Shown: positions 19,156 to 29,068, counted from the stretch's first letter. The stretch: DNA of 64,000 nt from an uncultured Chitinophagaceae bacterium (GCA_964537475.1 CAZIBY010000008.1:4200-68199); one strand, 5' to 3'. Notes: generated by a model not told the origin, from the sequence alone. Numbers and translations are program-made.

Positions 19156-19264
19156 CATTTCTCCCCGTTTCCCACTGAGGTACTGCTCTGCGCCGGATAG
19201 GGGCAGCATAGCAGGCTTCGCATTAATTTTTACCTTTGGGCTATACCCAAAAGCTCAATCAGAG

Positions 19265-20872
19265 ATGGCCAAGACCAAACCGATCCATGTCAAGAAGGCA
19301 GAAGCTGCCGCTAAGAAGCCTGCTGCCAAACCATTTTCATTTGCAAAGTTTGCCGACTGGACACACCTGGCCATCATCACCATCCTGTTCTGGTTTGTGT
19401 ACTCTACTATATTCGATCACAAGCCGGATATGAATGGCGATAACTTTGCCTACTACCTGCTAGGCAAGCGTATCGCTACGGGACAAGGCTTTACCAATGC
19501 TACGGATATCCACCATGCGCCGCACACCCATTTCCCCATCGGCTACCCTGCGCTGCTGTCGGTGTTTATCAAAGTGCTCGGAGATGATCAGGACAAGATA
19601 AACTTTATGAATGGCCTGATGCTCTATGGCTCTCTGCTATTGCTGTACTTTATCATCAAAAGGCTCACTGCATCGGCCTCGCTGGCTTTTGCAGCTGCGT
19701 TCATCACTGCGCTCAACTCGCACCTGCTGCGCAGCTCTACGATCACGATGAGTGAGGTGCCCTTTCTCTTTGTGAGTATGCTGGCGCTGTATTTTTTTCT
19801 GCGGGGCGTGCAGGATGAGCGTGGCATCAGGAGTCCATGGATATACCTCTCCGTAGTATGCATAGCTGCCTGCTACTATACTAAGACTACTGCTATAGCA
19901 CTAGTGGCTGGTACCGGTCTCTATTTACTTTTTGCGAAGGACTGGAAGCGGCTCGCTGTGGTCGTACTAGGCTTTGGCCTCCTGGCACTGCCTGGCTACA
20001 TACGCGACAAAAACCTCGGTAGCTCGCACATGGGCCAGCTCATGCAGGTCAATCCATACAAGCCCGAACTGGGCAACCTGACGTCTGCCACTTTTATGGA
20101 ACGGGTCAAAAATAATTTTGAGCGCTATGTATCGATGGATATACCGGTAGGCGTACTATCTATGAACCTCGACGATCAGGAGACACATAATGCCTATGTG
20201 AAGGATAATGGTAAGGCAAAAATGGGTCTTTGGATGCTGGGAGTACTCATCATCGGTCTCGCCCTGTGGGGGATATGGCGGCTAAAGGATCTGCGCCTGC
20301 TGCTCCTGGGCTATATAGGAGGCACGCTAGCTATCCTACTGATCTGGCCGGATGTATGGGGTGGCATCCGCTTCATCCTGCCACTGATCCCTATTGCTAT
20401 TTTTCTTGCTTTATATGGTTTGAAAGAGCTGGCGGCGCTGGCAGTGGGAGAGGAGCGGCTGACGTATGCGCCGTATATTTTTATCCTTTTTGGTTTGATG
20501 AATACAAAGGCAATAGGTGCGCTTCAAGATCAATCGGAGCAGCAGATGCCTTCAAACTATTCCAACTATTTTGACATAGCGCGTTGGGCAAAAGAGAACA
20601 CTCCAAAAGATGCCATCTTTAGTGCGCGCAAGGCAGATATGTTTATCTACTACGCTGACCGCACCTGCGTGGGAGACAAACCCTCTCTGGATGACAAGGA
20701 GGTATTGCAATTCTTCCGTGATAATAAAGTGGACTATGTAGTGATCGAGCAGTTGGGCTTCTCCTCCACGGCTAAATACCTCGTACCTGCCGTGCAGAAA
20801 AACATGGATCAGTTTGAGATCGTGTACCAGCTCAGAAATCCGGATACTTATTTATTGAAGTTCAAGCGCTGA
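19265..20872 (+). CDS. ArnT/PMT-like (GT39/GT83-type) membrane glycosyltransferase
   Basis: About 10 or more TM helices. The N-terminal loop with DNFAYYLLG-type motif resembles dolichyl/undecaprenyl-phosphate sugar transferases. Confidence 0.6.
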   Translation: MAKTKPIHVKKAEAAAKKPAAKPFSFAKFADWTHLAIITILFWFVYSTIFDHKPDMNGDNFAYYLLGKRIATGQGFTNATDIHHAPHTHFPIGYPALLSVFIKVLGDDQDKINFMNGLMLYGSLLLLYFIIKRLTASASLAFAAAFITALNSHLLRSSTITMSEVPFLFVSMLALYFFLRGVQDERGIRSPWIYLSVVCIAACYYTKTTAIALVAGTGLYLLFAKDWKRLAVVVLGFGLLALPGYIRDKNLGSSHMGQLMQVNPYKPELGNLTSATFMERVKNNFERYVSMDIPVGVLSMNLDDQETHNAYVKDNGKAKMGLWMLGVLIIGLALWGIWRLKDLRLLLLGYIGGTLAILLIWPDVWGGIRFILPLIPIAIFLALYGLKELAALAVGEERLTYAPYIFILFGLMNTKAIGALQDQSEQQMPSNYSNYFDIARWAKENTPKDAIFSARKADMFIYYADRTCVGDKPSLDDKEVLQFFRDNKVDYVVIEQLGFSSTAKYLVPAVQKNMDQFEIVYQLRNPDTYLLKFKR

Positions 20873-20873
20873 T

Positions 20874-22121
20874 CTAGGCAGAGATCTGTTTGCTCAGGTC
20901 GATCATCCTGACCAGTCGGCTCACCTGATTCTCTGAATCCTTTACGTACTCATTTTTTACGTCCCAGACGTAGCCGGCCAGTACGGAGCAGATCTTATTG
21001 ACCACATCTGTAGGGCGGTAGTCGTTGAAGAAGATCTTTTGCAGCCTGCCATCATACCAGGCCATGACATACGTGCGGAAGGTATCTACTCCCGTCATCA
21101 TCACGTCCATGTAGTCTTTCTGCCAGTCTATTTGCTCGCCGTTCAGTTGCCTGACCACCAGGTCTGCGGCCAGCCTGGATGAGGTGACTGCCAGCGTGAC
21201 ACCAGATGAAAAAACAGGATCGAGGAACTCGGTCACATTGCCCGTGAGTACAAAGCCATCGCCATAAAATTTATCGCAGGTAGCAGACCAGGATTGTATC
21301 ACACGCGGCTCAAAGAGGAACTCGCAACCCTCAAAGCGCTCAGCGATATTGGGGTCGCTGGCTATGATAGCGCGGAGCTGCTCCTCAGGCGTACCTGTGA
21401 AGGCATCAAAGAAGCCCGGCTCACTGACAAAGCCGCAGGACGTGACACCGTCTGCGAAAGGTATGCACCACGCCCATACACCCGGCGCGTGATCTACTAT
21501 GAGGATGCGGTTCGGCTCTACATAGTTATTGCGGCGGGTATCGCGGATGTGGGTGAAGAGTGTCTTGCGTGATGGCAGCGTAGAGGGCTTCTCCATATTG
21601 AACATACGCGGTATGACCCGGCCATAGCCGCTGCCATCTACTATAAATTTTGCTTGTACCTGTTTGGTCTCTCCGGCTGCGGTGGTCATGGTAGTCATGC
21701 TGGTACCACCATCACCAAATTTGATGTCAGTGACAGTAGTCCTGTACTCTACGGCTACGCCCATCTTTTGTACCTCATCTGCCAGTAGTGTGTCAAACTC
21801 AGCGCGCTTGACCTGCCAGGTCCACGACCAGCCCTCTGTAAACTGATCAGAAAAATTGAAATCCATGACCTGACCTGACGTATTGACGAACTTGGCTCCG
21901 AATTTTTCCTGGAAGCCGTGCGCCTTGATAGCGGGCAGAAAGCCTGCTGCATCAAGCGCCTCCATGCACTTCGGCAAAAGGCTCTCACCGATCACAAACC
22001 TCGGGAATTGCTCCTTCTCCACGATCTTTACGGAATATCCTGCTTTGTTTATGATAGCTGCCGCCACCGTGCCTGACGGGCCTGCGCCGATCACCAGTAC
22101 ATCTACTTGTTCAGTTGTCAT
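20874..22121 (-). CDS. FAD-dependent oxidoreductase, flavin-dependent halogenase-like
   Basis: GAGPSGTVAA dinucleotide fold, and WAWCIPF matching the WxWxIP halogenase motif. Confidence 0.75.
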   Translation of the reverse strand: MTTEQVDVLVIGAGPSGTVAAAIINKAGYSVKIVEKEQFPRFVIGESLLPKCMEALDAAGFLPAIKAHGFQEKFGAKFVNTSGQVMDFNFSDQFTEGWSWTWQVKRAEFDTLLADEVQKMGVAVEYRTTVTDIKFGDGGTSMTTMTTAAGETKQVQAKFIVDGSGYGRVIPRMFNMEKPSTLPSRKTLFTHIRDTRRNNYVEPNRILIVDHAPGVWAWCIPFADGVTSCGFVSEPGFFDAFTGTPEEQLRAIIASDPNIAERFEGCEFLFEPRVIQSWSATCDKFYGDGFVLTGNVTEFLDPVFSSGVTLAVTSSRLAADLVVRQLNGEQIDWQKDYMDVMMTGVDTFRTYVMAWYDGRLQKIFFNDYRPTDVVNKICSVLAGYVWDVKNEYVKDSENQVSRLVRMIDLSKQISA

Positions 22122-22187
22122 TGATTTGAATTTTAGGGTGTTTTAGGTTAATACAGTTAAGTCACTTTAGGTAAAAACAAAATAAAC

Positions 22188-22219
22188 TTTGAACCACATA
22201 GGACACATAGATCACATAG
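22188..22219. repeat. left arm of the perfect 32-bp inverted repeat bracketing GxxExxY gene 2
   Basis: tttgaaccacataggacacatagatcacatag. CACATAG occurs at 22195, 22204 and 22213 (9-nt period). Confidence 0.9.
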
Positions 22220-22239
22220 GATATACATTGATACAATTT

Positions 22240-22671
22240 CTACTCATCGGGGAGGTCTTTGTAGGAGTCATTGACAAAGGTTTCCTGACCCAGTTTGAAA
22301 ATATTGTATGCGTTAAAATTAATAACAATTCCTTTGTGTGCCCTGAGCAATGTCATATAACTCAGGACCTGAGCACGATGTATAGGTAATATACTCTCTA
22401 CGGTTTTCAGCTCTACCACAAAACAATCCTCCACCAGTACATCGCATCTGAGGTCTGCCATCACATCTAGTCCTTTATAGACTACGGGGACCGACAGTTC
22501 CGTGCGACAGCGCAGCCCGATCAATCTTAATTCATGCTCAAAACACTTTTGATAGGTACTTTCCAACAGGCCATGCCCCATATGTTTTTGTACCTCGATA
22601 GCAGCACCGATCACCCTGTAGGTTAATTCATCTAGCCACTTCTTGGTTATCCTTGGTTTGTTTTCTTCCAT
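22240..22671 (-). CDS. GxxExxY family protein (PD-(D/E)XK nuclease-like fold)
   Basis: GHGLLESTY matches GxxExxY. CDVLV...VVELK gives D..ExK. By eye it is roughly one-third identical to the 2464..2859 copy. Confidence 0.85.
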   Translation of the reverse strand: MEENKPRITKKWLDELTYRVIGAAIEVQKHMGHGLLESTYQKCFEHELRLIGLRCRTELSVPVVYKGLDVMADLRCDVLVEDCFVVELKTVESILPIHRAQVLSYMTLLRAHKGIVINFNAYNIFKLGQETFVNDSYKDLPDE

Positions 22672-22707
22672 TATAGATTCAAAGTCTAATGTTCTCTGAG
22701 TAAATTT

Positions 22708-22739
22708 CTATGTGATCTATGTGTCCTATGTGGTTCAAA
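22708..22739. repeat. right arm of the perfect 32-bp inverted repeat bracketing GxxExxY gene 2
   Basis: ctatgtgatctatgtgtcctatgtggttcaaa is the exact reverse complement of 22188..22219. It overlaps the stop codon (22735-22737) of the KS gene. Confidence 0.9.
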
Positions 22740-23868
22740 AACTTGTATTCCTCTGCAGCACCAGAGCTGCATTGCAGCCGCCAAAACCCGAGGCGGTTTT
22801 CAGCGCATGAGATTTGTCAGAAGATACTAAAACCTTGTTGACCTTCACCAGGCCCGGCACACCGATCTCTGCATAGCCGTGGCTGGCCAGCACTTTCTTT
22901 TCGCGTAGCGAATGAATGGTCATAACAGTCTCTATCACGCCGGCAGCACCCAGCGTATGGCCAAAGTAACCCTTCAAACTGTGTAACGGCGTATCACTCA
23001 GCCCCGCTCTCTCAAACGCTTTGCTCTCCATTTCATCATTGTAGAGTGTAGCCGTACCATGGGCAGAGATGAATGCAATATCCTCAGTCGTGATGCTGCT
23101 ACGGCTGACAGCTTTGGTCACGGCATCTGCCAGCTCAGCGCCCGTGCGCGACGGGCCGGAGATGTGATTAGCGTCATTGGTCAGGCCTTCACCCAGTACC
23201 TCGATACTATTGGCACCCAGCTGAGATAGATCATTTGTCAAAACTAGTGTGGCCGCACCCTCACCGAGGTTGATCCCTTTGCGCGCTTTATCAAATGGAC
23301 GGCAAGGCCCATCACTGATTGCCATGAGGCTCTGGAAGCCCGATACCACAAAATGTGACAGCACATCTGCACCGGTCACTACGGCATGCTTATACCGGCC
23401 AGAGTCTATCAGTCTTTTGGCGGTGATGATAGCCACTACACCTGAGATGCAGGCATTGGAGACTACGATAGGTTTATTCACTGCGTGAAAGTGTGCCGTG
23501 ATACAGTCGGCGGAGCGTGACAGGGAGAGCTCACTTTCCGGTGCTCTATCTGCCAGCAGTTCGATATTACCTTTGGTAGTAGAAAGAATGAAGATGGTGT
23601 CCGGGTCGTCAAGTCTGATGGCAGTACGTGCCAGAGCGTCTGTGACGGACAGGATACACAGCCTGTCAAAGCGTGTGTGTGCCTCATCCGCCGGGGGCAG
23701 TGTAGTATCATCTATGCGAGCTGCATAGAGAGGGGTAGGGGACAGGTGCAGGTCAGATATGAGCGAGATGCCGGAATCGCCTGCGGAGACACGCGCATAG
23801 TTCTCTGCCGAGGTGGTGCCCAGCGGAGAGATCACATTATCAGCTACAATGTAAACGGGAGAAGACAT
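22735..23868 (-). CDS. beta-ketoacyl synthase family protein
   Basis: Active-site Cys (SNACISG), plus His motifs AHGTAT and GHTLGAAG. Confidence 0.85.
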   Translation of the reverse strand: MSSPVYIVADNVISPLGTTSAENYARVSAGDSGISLISDLHLSPTPLYAARIDDTTLPPADEAHTRFDRLCILSVTDALARTAIRLDDPDTIFILSTTKGNIELLADRAPESELSLSRSADCITAHFHAVNKPIVVSNACISGVVAIITAKRLIDSGRYKHAVVTGADVLSHFVVSGFQSLMAISDGPCRPFDKARKGINLGEGAATLVLTNDLSQLGANSIEVLGEGLTNDANHISGPSRTGAELADAVTKAVSRSSITTEDIAFISAHGTATLYNDEMESKAFERAGLSDTPLHSLKGYFGHTLGAAGVIETVMTIHSLREKKVLASHGYAEIGVPGLVKVNKVLVSSDKSHALKTASGFGGCNAALVLQRNTSF

Positions 23869-23870
23869 GA

Positions 23871-24326
23871 CTACCTGAGACCTACCTGCTGCATCCAGTC
23901 ATTGATAAAATCAGGTACGGTCAGTGCGAGCTCCATAGCGCCATTGGTCACAAAGACCTGCGTGGTAGAGCCTGTGCAGATCAGGTCGCCGGATTCATTC
24001 TTGATCTTATAGTGAAAGATGATCTTGGCGGCGTCGGTCCGGATATAGTGTGCCTCTACAAAGGCTACATCCTTATACCGCAGGGGGCGCTTGTAGGTGG
24101 CCTCTGAGTGGATGAGCGGGGTGGCGTATCCTCTCTCGTAGAAGGAATAGAGGTCAAAGCCATACTTCTCTGCAAAGGCATCCCGGGCGTCCTCAAAGTA
24201 TTTGAGATAGTTGCCATGCCAGACGATACCCAGCGGGTCACACTCGTGAAACCGCACTTTGATACGCGCTACGGCTTTCAGCTCTTTTGTCTTGCCATTG
24301 GGCAGGGTTTCAGGGGCACTTTTCAT
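23871..24326 (-). CDS. acyl-CoA/acyl-ACP thioesterase (4HBT hotdog, YbgC-like)
   Basis: VRFHECDPLGIVWHGNYLKYFE is the typical 4HBT N-terminal motif. Confidence 0.75.
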   Translation of the reverse strand: MKSAPETLPNGKTKELKAVARIKVRFHECDPLGIVWHGNYLKYFEDARDAFAEKYGFDLYSFYERGYATPLIHSEATYKRPLRYKDVAFVEAHYIRTDAAKIIFHYKIKNESGDLICTGSTTQVFVTNGAMELALTVPDFINDWMQQVGLR

Positions 24327-24391
24327 ACTTCACCATTTTCTTTGCTTTGCACAATCATTTACAAAGTAAGCAAACGACGTTCCTAAATACA

Positions 24392-25264
24392 TTATTTCTT
24401 CCAAAAGTCGTAATAATTAAACCATTGTGAAGGTGTTTTGTTCACCATACCTTCCAGATCCGTGACATAATCCTTCATCATCTCACCGAGGTTGGCAAAG
24501 TCACTAACCTCCTTTGGCGGCCGGGCGTAAAACTCATAATGTGTCGGTCCTGTCTTGACACCATACACGTAGGTGAAAGGCGCCTTGAGCGCTTTGACCA
24601 GCTGAAACGGACCGGTGGGGAATAGCGCCGGCTCTCCCATAAACTCTACTGCCTGCGCCCGTGCGCCCTCTACATAGCGGTCTGCGTGCATACAGATGGT
24701 CTCACCACGCGCCAGCGCCTCGCTCATCTGGTAGACGTGGCTCAGATCCTCGCGTATAGGTATCACATTAAACTTCTTGCCGCCGATGACTGACTCCATC
24801 AGCGCTTTGATGTGCTCATGCTCACCGTCATACATCAGTACATTGATCACTGTGTCATAGCGGGCTATGAAGTGGCCGGCTATCTCCCAGTTGCCTAGAT
24901 GTGCTCCGAGCATGATAGCCCCGCGTCTGGCAGCAGCCATGCGTTCTATATTTTCAGCGCCATTGCTGCGGGAGGTAAATCGTGCCGAGAGGCCTGATAG
25001 GATCGCTACTTTATCTATCAGGCTCTGGCCGAGCATGAAGTAGTTCCAGTACACCATGCCGATAGACTTTGCTATACTGAAATGGCACCTGCGCCGAAAA
25101 AAACTATAGATGTGGCGGGTAGAGCTCCAGGAGAAAAGAAAGTAGTATAGCACTACAAAGGAAAGCAGCACATAGGCAGGCCAGAGGCCGAGATAGCGGA
25201 GTATGCCTACGAAAATACGGTAGCCGAGTGGCGTGCCTTTGCTCTTGCCCTCCCACTGAGCCAT
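24392..25264 (-). CDS. LpxL/HtrB-like lysophospholipid acyltransferase family protein
   Basis: HLGNWE, an H(x)4E acyltransferase motif, and an N-terminal TM anchor. Confidence 0.75.
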   Translation of the reverse strand: MAQWEGKSKGTPLGYRIFVGILRYLGLWPAYVLLSFVVLYYFLFSWSSTRHIYSFFRRRCHFSIAKSIGMVYWNYFMLGQSLIDKVAILSGLSARFTSRSNGAENIERMAAARRGAIMLGAHLGNWEIAGHFIARYDTVINVLMYDGEHEHIKALMESVIGGKKFNVIPIREDLSHVYQMSEALARGETICMHADRYVEGARAQAVEFMGEPALFPTGPFQLVKALKAPFTYVYGVKTGPTHYEFYARPPKEVSDFANLGEMMKDYVTDLEGMVNKTPSQWFNYYDFWKK

Positions 25265-25509
25265 TATGCCTGAGACTTGGCTATCACATAGTTGTAGAGA
25301 TCCTGAAAGGTGCGAATGCTGGTAAAGTCTTCTTGCTTTACCTTGATGCTGAAATTGCTCTCCAGCAGTACCACCAGGTCTACATAGTCCAGGCTGTCCA
25401 GCTCCAGGGTATCTTTCAGGATGGCATCCGGCTGCAGTTTTCCTACCTCTACTTCAAACTCCTCGGATAGGAATTCATTGATCCGATTGATAGTGTCTTC
25501 TTTCGTCAT
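25264..25509 (-). CDS. acyl carrier protein
   Basis: 81 aa with the LDSLDYVDLV phosphopantetheine-attachment Ser motif. Confidence 0.85.
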   Translation of the reverse strand: MTKEDTINRINEFLSEEFEVEVGKLQPDAILKDTLELDSLDYVDLVVLLESNFSIKVKQEDFTSIRTFQDLYNYVIAKSQA

Positions 25510-25525
25510 TGTCTTTAAGGGGTGT

Positions 25526-26749
25526 TTAAGGCTTCCATTTGCGGACTATGAGGGTGGAGTTAGTCCCCCCAAAGCCGAATGAATTGGACAAAAATACATC
25601 AATATTCCTTTGTTTGGTAGTGGCAGCCACGTTGATACGTGCAGAGAACTCGTCCGGGTTTTCATAGTTGATGTTGGGGGCTACAAAGCCATCGCGCATC
25701 ATCAGCATGCTGTAGACCACCTCACTGGCGCCGGCCATCCAGCACTCGTGGCCGGTCATAGACTTAGTGCTGCTCACCAGCGGCTTGTACGCGCCAAAGA
25801 CGGCATTGATAGCCTGCGCCTCACTCGCATCTCCCTGAGGGGTAGAGGTGGCGTGGGCATTGATATAGTCTATGTCTCCTGCCTTCATGCCGGCCTCTGA
25901 GAGGCTCATCATCAGGCTGCGCACAGGCCCGTCTACAGTAGGATTTGAGATATGGCCGCCATTGCTGCTAAAGCCGTAGCCTACTATCTCGCCGAGTATC
26001 TTTGCGCCACGCTTTTGCGCCGACTCCAGTGACTCGAGTATCACAGTGGCGGCACCACCACTAGGTATCAGGCCGTCACGGTCATGGTCAAATGGTCGCG
26101 ATGCTTTGGTAGGATTGGCCTCATTCACAGAGAAAGCCCCCAGTGCATCAAAGGTGCCCATGGTGAGGATGTCTGTCTCCTGAGCGCCACCGCAGATCAT
26201 ACGGTCCTGATAGCCGTGCTTGATCATCATATAGCCCATGCCGATACTGTGGCTGCCACTGGCACAGGCCGCAGAGATGGTAAAGTTGAGCCCCTTCAGC
26301 TTAAAGATCGTGGCGAGGTTCATGTTGACAGTAGAGTTCAGCGTCTGAAATACTGCCCCTGATCCTGCAAACTGCGTATTCTTTTTCTCCCGGATGATAT
26401 CGTTAGACTCTGTCGTGGCTTTGGCGGTAGAGTCATTGCCGTAGATGATGCCCGTCTCATGGTGATCGAGGTACTCCTGGTCTATGCCGGCCATACGTAG
26501 CGCTTCCAGCGTACTCATGTAGGCGTACTCGCCCTGCTCGCCTATCATCAGGCGGCTGCGGCGGTCCAGCAGGCCCTTCAGCTCCGGGCGCGGTACCACA
26601 CCCGTCAGGGCAGACCGGTAGCCAAACTCCTTACGCTCAGGCAGATACTGGATACCAGAGCGGCCCTGAAACAGAGACTCGCGCACAGCATCTACGTCTT
26701 GGCCTATACAAGACCATATCCCATAACCAGTTATAACTACCCGCTTCAT
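25526..26749 (-). CDS. beta-ketoacyl-ACP synthase (FabF/FabB-like)
   Basis: ISAACASGSHSIG (Cys) and NAHATSTPQGD (His), 407 aa. Confidence 0.9.
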   Translation of the reverse strand: MKRVVITGYGIWSCIGQDVDAVRESLFQGRSGIQYLPERKEFGYRSALTGVVPRPELKGLLDRRSRLMIGEQGEYAYMSTLEALRMAGIDQEYLDHHETGIIYGNDSTAKATTESNDIIREKKNTQFAGSGAVFQTLNSTVNMNLATIFKLKGLNFTISAACASGSHSIGMGYMMIKHGYQDRMICGGAQETDILTMGTFDALGAFSVNEANPTKASRPFDHDRDGLIPSGGAATVILESLESAQKRGAKILGEIVGYGFSSNGGHISNPTVDGPVRSLMMSLSEAGMKAGDIDYINAHATSTPQGDASEAQAINAVFGAYKPLVSSTKSMTGHECWMAGASEVVYSMLMMRDGFVAPNINYENPDEFSARINVAATTKQRNIDVFLSNSFGFGGTNSTLIVRKWKP

Positions 26750-26878
26750 GCTAAAATGAGCAGCGAATGTAAAAAATCAAATGGTCAAACACAATACCGT
26801 AAAGCCACATAGCCTGGCACTGATATTGGCAAAGGAGAAGCTCTGATGAAAATCATGCCTCGACAGATCGGCATGGGA

Positions 26879-29068
26879 TCACTTCAGCTTCAGGATCTTA
26901 AACTCCGTGCGCCTGTTGGCGGCATGCTCCTCCTCGGTGCAGGTAGATTTCTGCTTGCCCTCGCAGGCGCAGTTATTGACCAGATGGCGCTCGCCGTAGC
27001 CTATGGCGGTGAGGCGGCTCTTTGCGATACCGTTTGCTACCAGATAGTCTACGCAGGCCTGTGCCCGTTTGGTAGAGAGTTCGTCATTGGCCAGCGCATT
27101 GCCGCGGCAGTCTGTATGGCTGCTCAGCTCTATCTGCATAGCGGGAAACTCCTTCATCAGTGCGACTACTTTGTCCAGCTCGATGGCAGCATCAGGACGT
27201 ATATCCCACTTGCCCAGGTCATAGTAGAGGTTATCGATTTTTACGGTCATGTTTTCCTCCAGGTATACCATCTCCATATTCTCATAGAGATTGGCCGGGG
27301 CTACCTGGTCACTGGTGGTCAGCGCCTGGCATGGATGCGTGTAGGAGCCCTTGCTATTGCCCGACTCCTTGCTGGCGCAGAGCCTGTAGTCAGCCTCTTC
27401 GTCCAGGTCAAATTTACACTTACAGTCTGCTGTGATCGTGCAGGTCTTGACCGCGCCTGTGCGTTTATTGGTCAGCTCTACTACTGCACCCTCTACCGTG
27501 CCGCCGCCGCGCTGGTGTACGCACACGGTGAGCGTGATGCCACCAGCCTTTGTGAGCTGTAGCTGTACATTTTGATTGCCCTTGATATTGCTTACAGCGG
27601 TACTGTTGGTCTCGTATTCTTTCAGCATAGCAGATACCTTGTAGCTCTTATTAGGCAGCGCTGTGAAGCAGAACTCGCCTTTCTCGCCCGTCTTCTTTTT
27701 CTGGATCAGGTTGTCGCCTTCTGTCAGCTTCACCTCTGCACCGGCCAGAGGTGCCTTGCCCTGTGCATCTACTACAGCACCGCAGACGGTCACGCCGCTG
27801 CGCGTAAAGCGATAGAGGTCGTCCTCCCCCTTGCCACGCTCACGGTTTGAGGTCAGGTAGCCTGCGGTGTTCTTCGCGTTTGTGATATAGCCAAAATCAT
27901 CCCAGCGCGTATTGATAGGCGTGCCGGGGTTTTGCGGGTTGGTCCATTTGCCACCGGTGTAGGTAGCGCTGTAGATGTCGAGACCGCCAAGCCCCGTGAG
28001 ACCATCAGAGGCAAAGTACAGGGTATTGTCATCAGCTATGAAGGGAAACATCTCGCGGCCCTGTGTATTGACATCTTTACCGAGATTGACCGGTGCGCCC
28101 CAACTATTGCCGGTGCGCTCACTCACGTAGAGGTCAGTGCCGCCCAGGCTGCCGGGCATATCAGAGATGAAGTACAGCTTATTGCCATCTTTAGACAGGC
28201 TGGGATGGGCGATGTTGTACTCGCTGTTATTAAGGTTGATCGGCTTTACATTCACCCATTGTTTCTTTGCTTCACTCCAGTCAGCATGCATGATCTGCAG
28301 CTTTACTATTTTCTCTTTGCTCTTCGTGGCTTTGCTTTTCACATAGTTGCTGCGGGTAAAGTACATCTCCCCACCGTCTGAGGTAAAGGTGGCAGAGCCC
28401 TCGTGAAATTTCCTGTTCGGTTGCCTGCCTTTGATATATACCGGCTGGGCCAGTGTGTCTGCTGCAGAGAGCTGGTACAGGTCGTAGAAAGAGCGGCTGG
28501 TCCAGGCGTCTTCATGGTGCGAGGCGCCACCATCGTGGCCGCGGTTGGAGCTGAAGATGATACCCCCCTTGTAAAACGCAGGGGCCATATCCGAAGTTTC
28601 TGTATTCGCTGCTCTGAGGTCAGTGACTTCAAAGACACGATTGTCCGTAGCCAGTGAGCTTACCTTGTCCTCAGGGCCGCTGAGTTCCTTTGCCCTGCTA
28701 TCATCTGGTGCTTCCTTCAGGTATTCGTTAAATGCCTTCTGGGCCTCTCCGTATTTGCCATTGGCACGCAGCTCCAGGCCATAGTAGAGCTTGTCTATAG
28801 CCGGCGCTTTAGGCATCTTGGATATCAGTGCGTACTGCGCCTCGGCATTTACATGGTCCTCCAGCAGCACGTAGGTGTGTGCCAGCTTCTCACGCGCTAT
28901 GAGGTTATTGGCATCTTTGGCCACGGCGCGGGCATAGTTTTCGGCAGCTGCGCTGAATTCAAACCTTGCGAAGTTCTTATCGCCGCGCGTCACAGCATTA
29001 CTTTGTGCAAATACACTAAGAGTGGTGGCGATGAATATGATAGAAAGGATAGTCTTGCTGCGGATCAT
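26879..29068 (-). CDS. OmpA family protein with TPR, TolB/PD40-like and CarboxypepD_reg-like regions
   Basis: C-terminal OmpA-like domain (IELSSHTDCRGNALANDELSTKRAQACVDYL, NRRTEF). Repeated FTSDG/FISD PD40-like motifs. Confidence 0.85.
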   Translation of the reverse strand: MIRSKTILSIIFIATTLSVFAQSNAVTRGDKNFARFEFSAAAENYARAVAKDANNLIAREKLAHTYVLLEDHVNAEAQYALISKMPKAPAIDKLYYGLELRANGKYGEAQKAFNEYLKEAPDDSRAKELSGPEDKVSSLATDNRVFEVTDLRAANTETSDMAPAFYKGGIIFSSNRGHDGGASHHEDAWTSRSFYDLYQLSAADTLAQPVYIKGRQPNRKFHEGSATFTSDGGEMYFTRSNYVKSKATKSKEKIVKLQIMHADWSEAKKQWVNVKPINLNNSEYNIAHPSLSKDGNKLYFISDMPGSLGGTDLYVSERTGNSWGAPVNLGKDVNTQGREMFPFIADDNTLYFASDGLTGLGGLDIYSATYTGGKWTNPQNPGTPINTRWDDFGYITNAKNTAGYLTSNRERGKGEDDLYRFTRSGVTVCGAVVDAQGKAPLAGAEVKLTEGDNLIQKKKTGEKGEFCFTALPNKSYKVSAMLKEYETNSTAVSNIKGNQNVQLQLTKAGGITLTVCVHQRGGGTVEGAVVELTNKRTGAVKTCTITADCKCKFDLDEEADYRLCASKESGNSKGSYTHPCQALTTSDQVAPANLYENMEMVYLEENMTVKIDNLYYDLGKWDIRPDAAIELDKVVALMKEFPAMQIELSSHTDCRGNALANDELSTKRAQACVDYLVANGIAKSRLTAIGYGERHLVNNCACEGKQKSTCTEEEHAANRRTEFKILKLK

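Noticed and set aside
26846-27562. A 238-aa plus-strand ORF antisense to the OmpA-family gene.
   Set aside because: There are no motifs, and the opposite frame encodes a canonical OmpA C-terminal domain.
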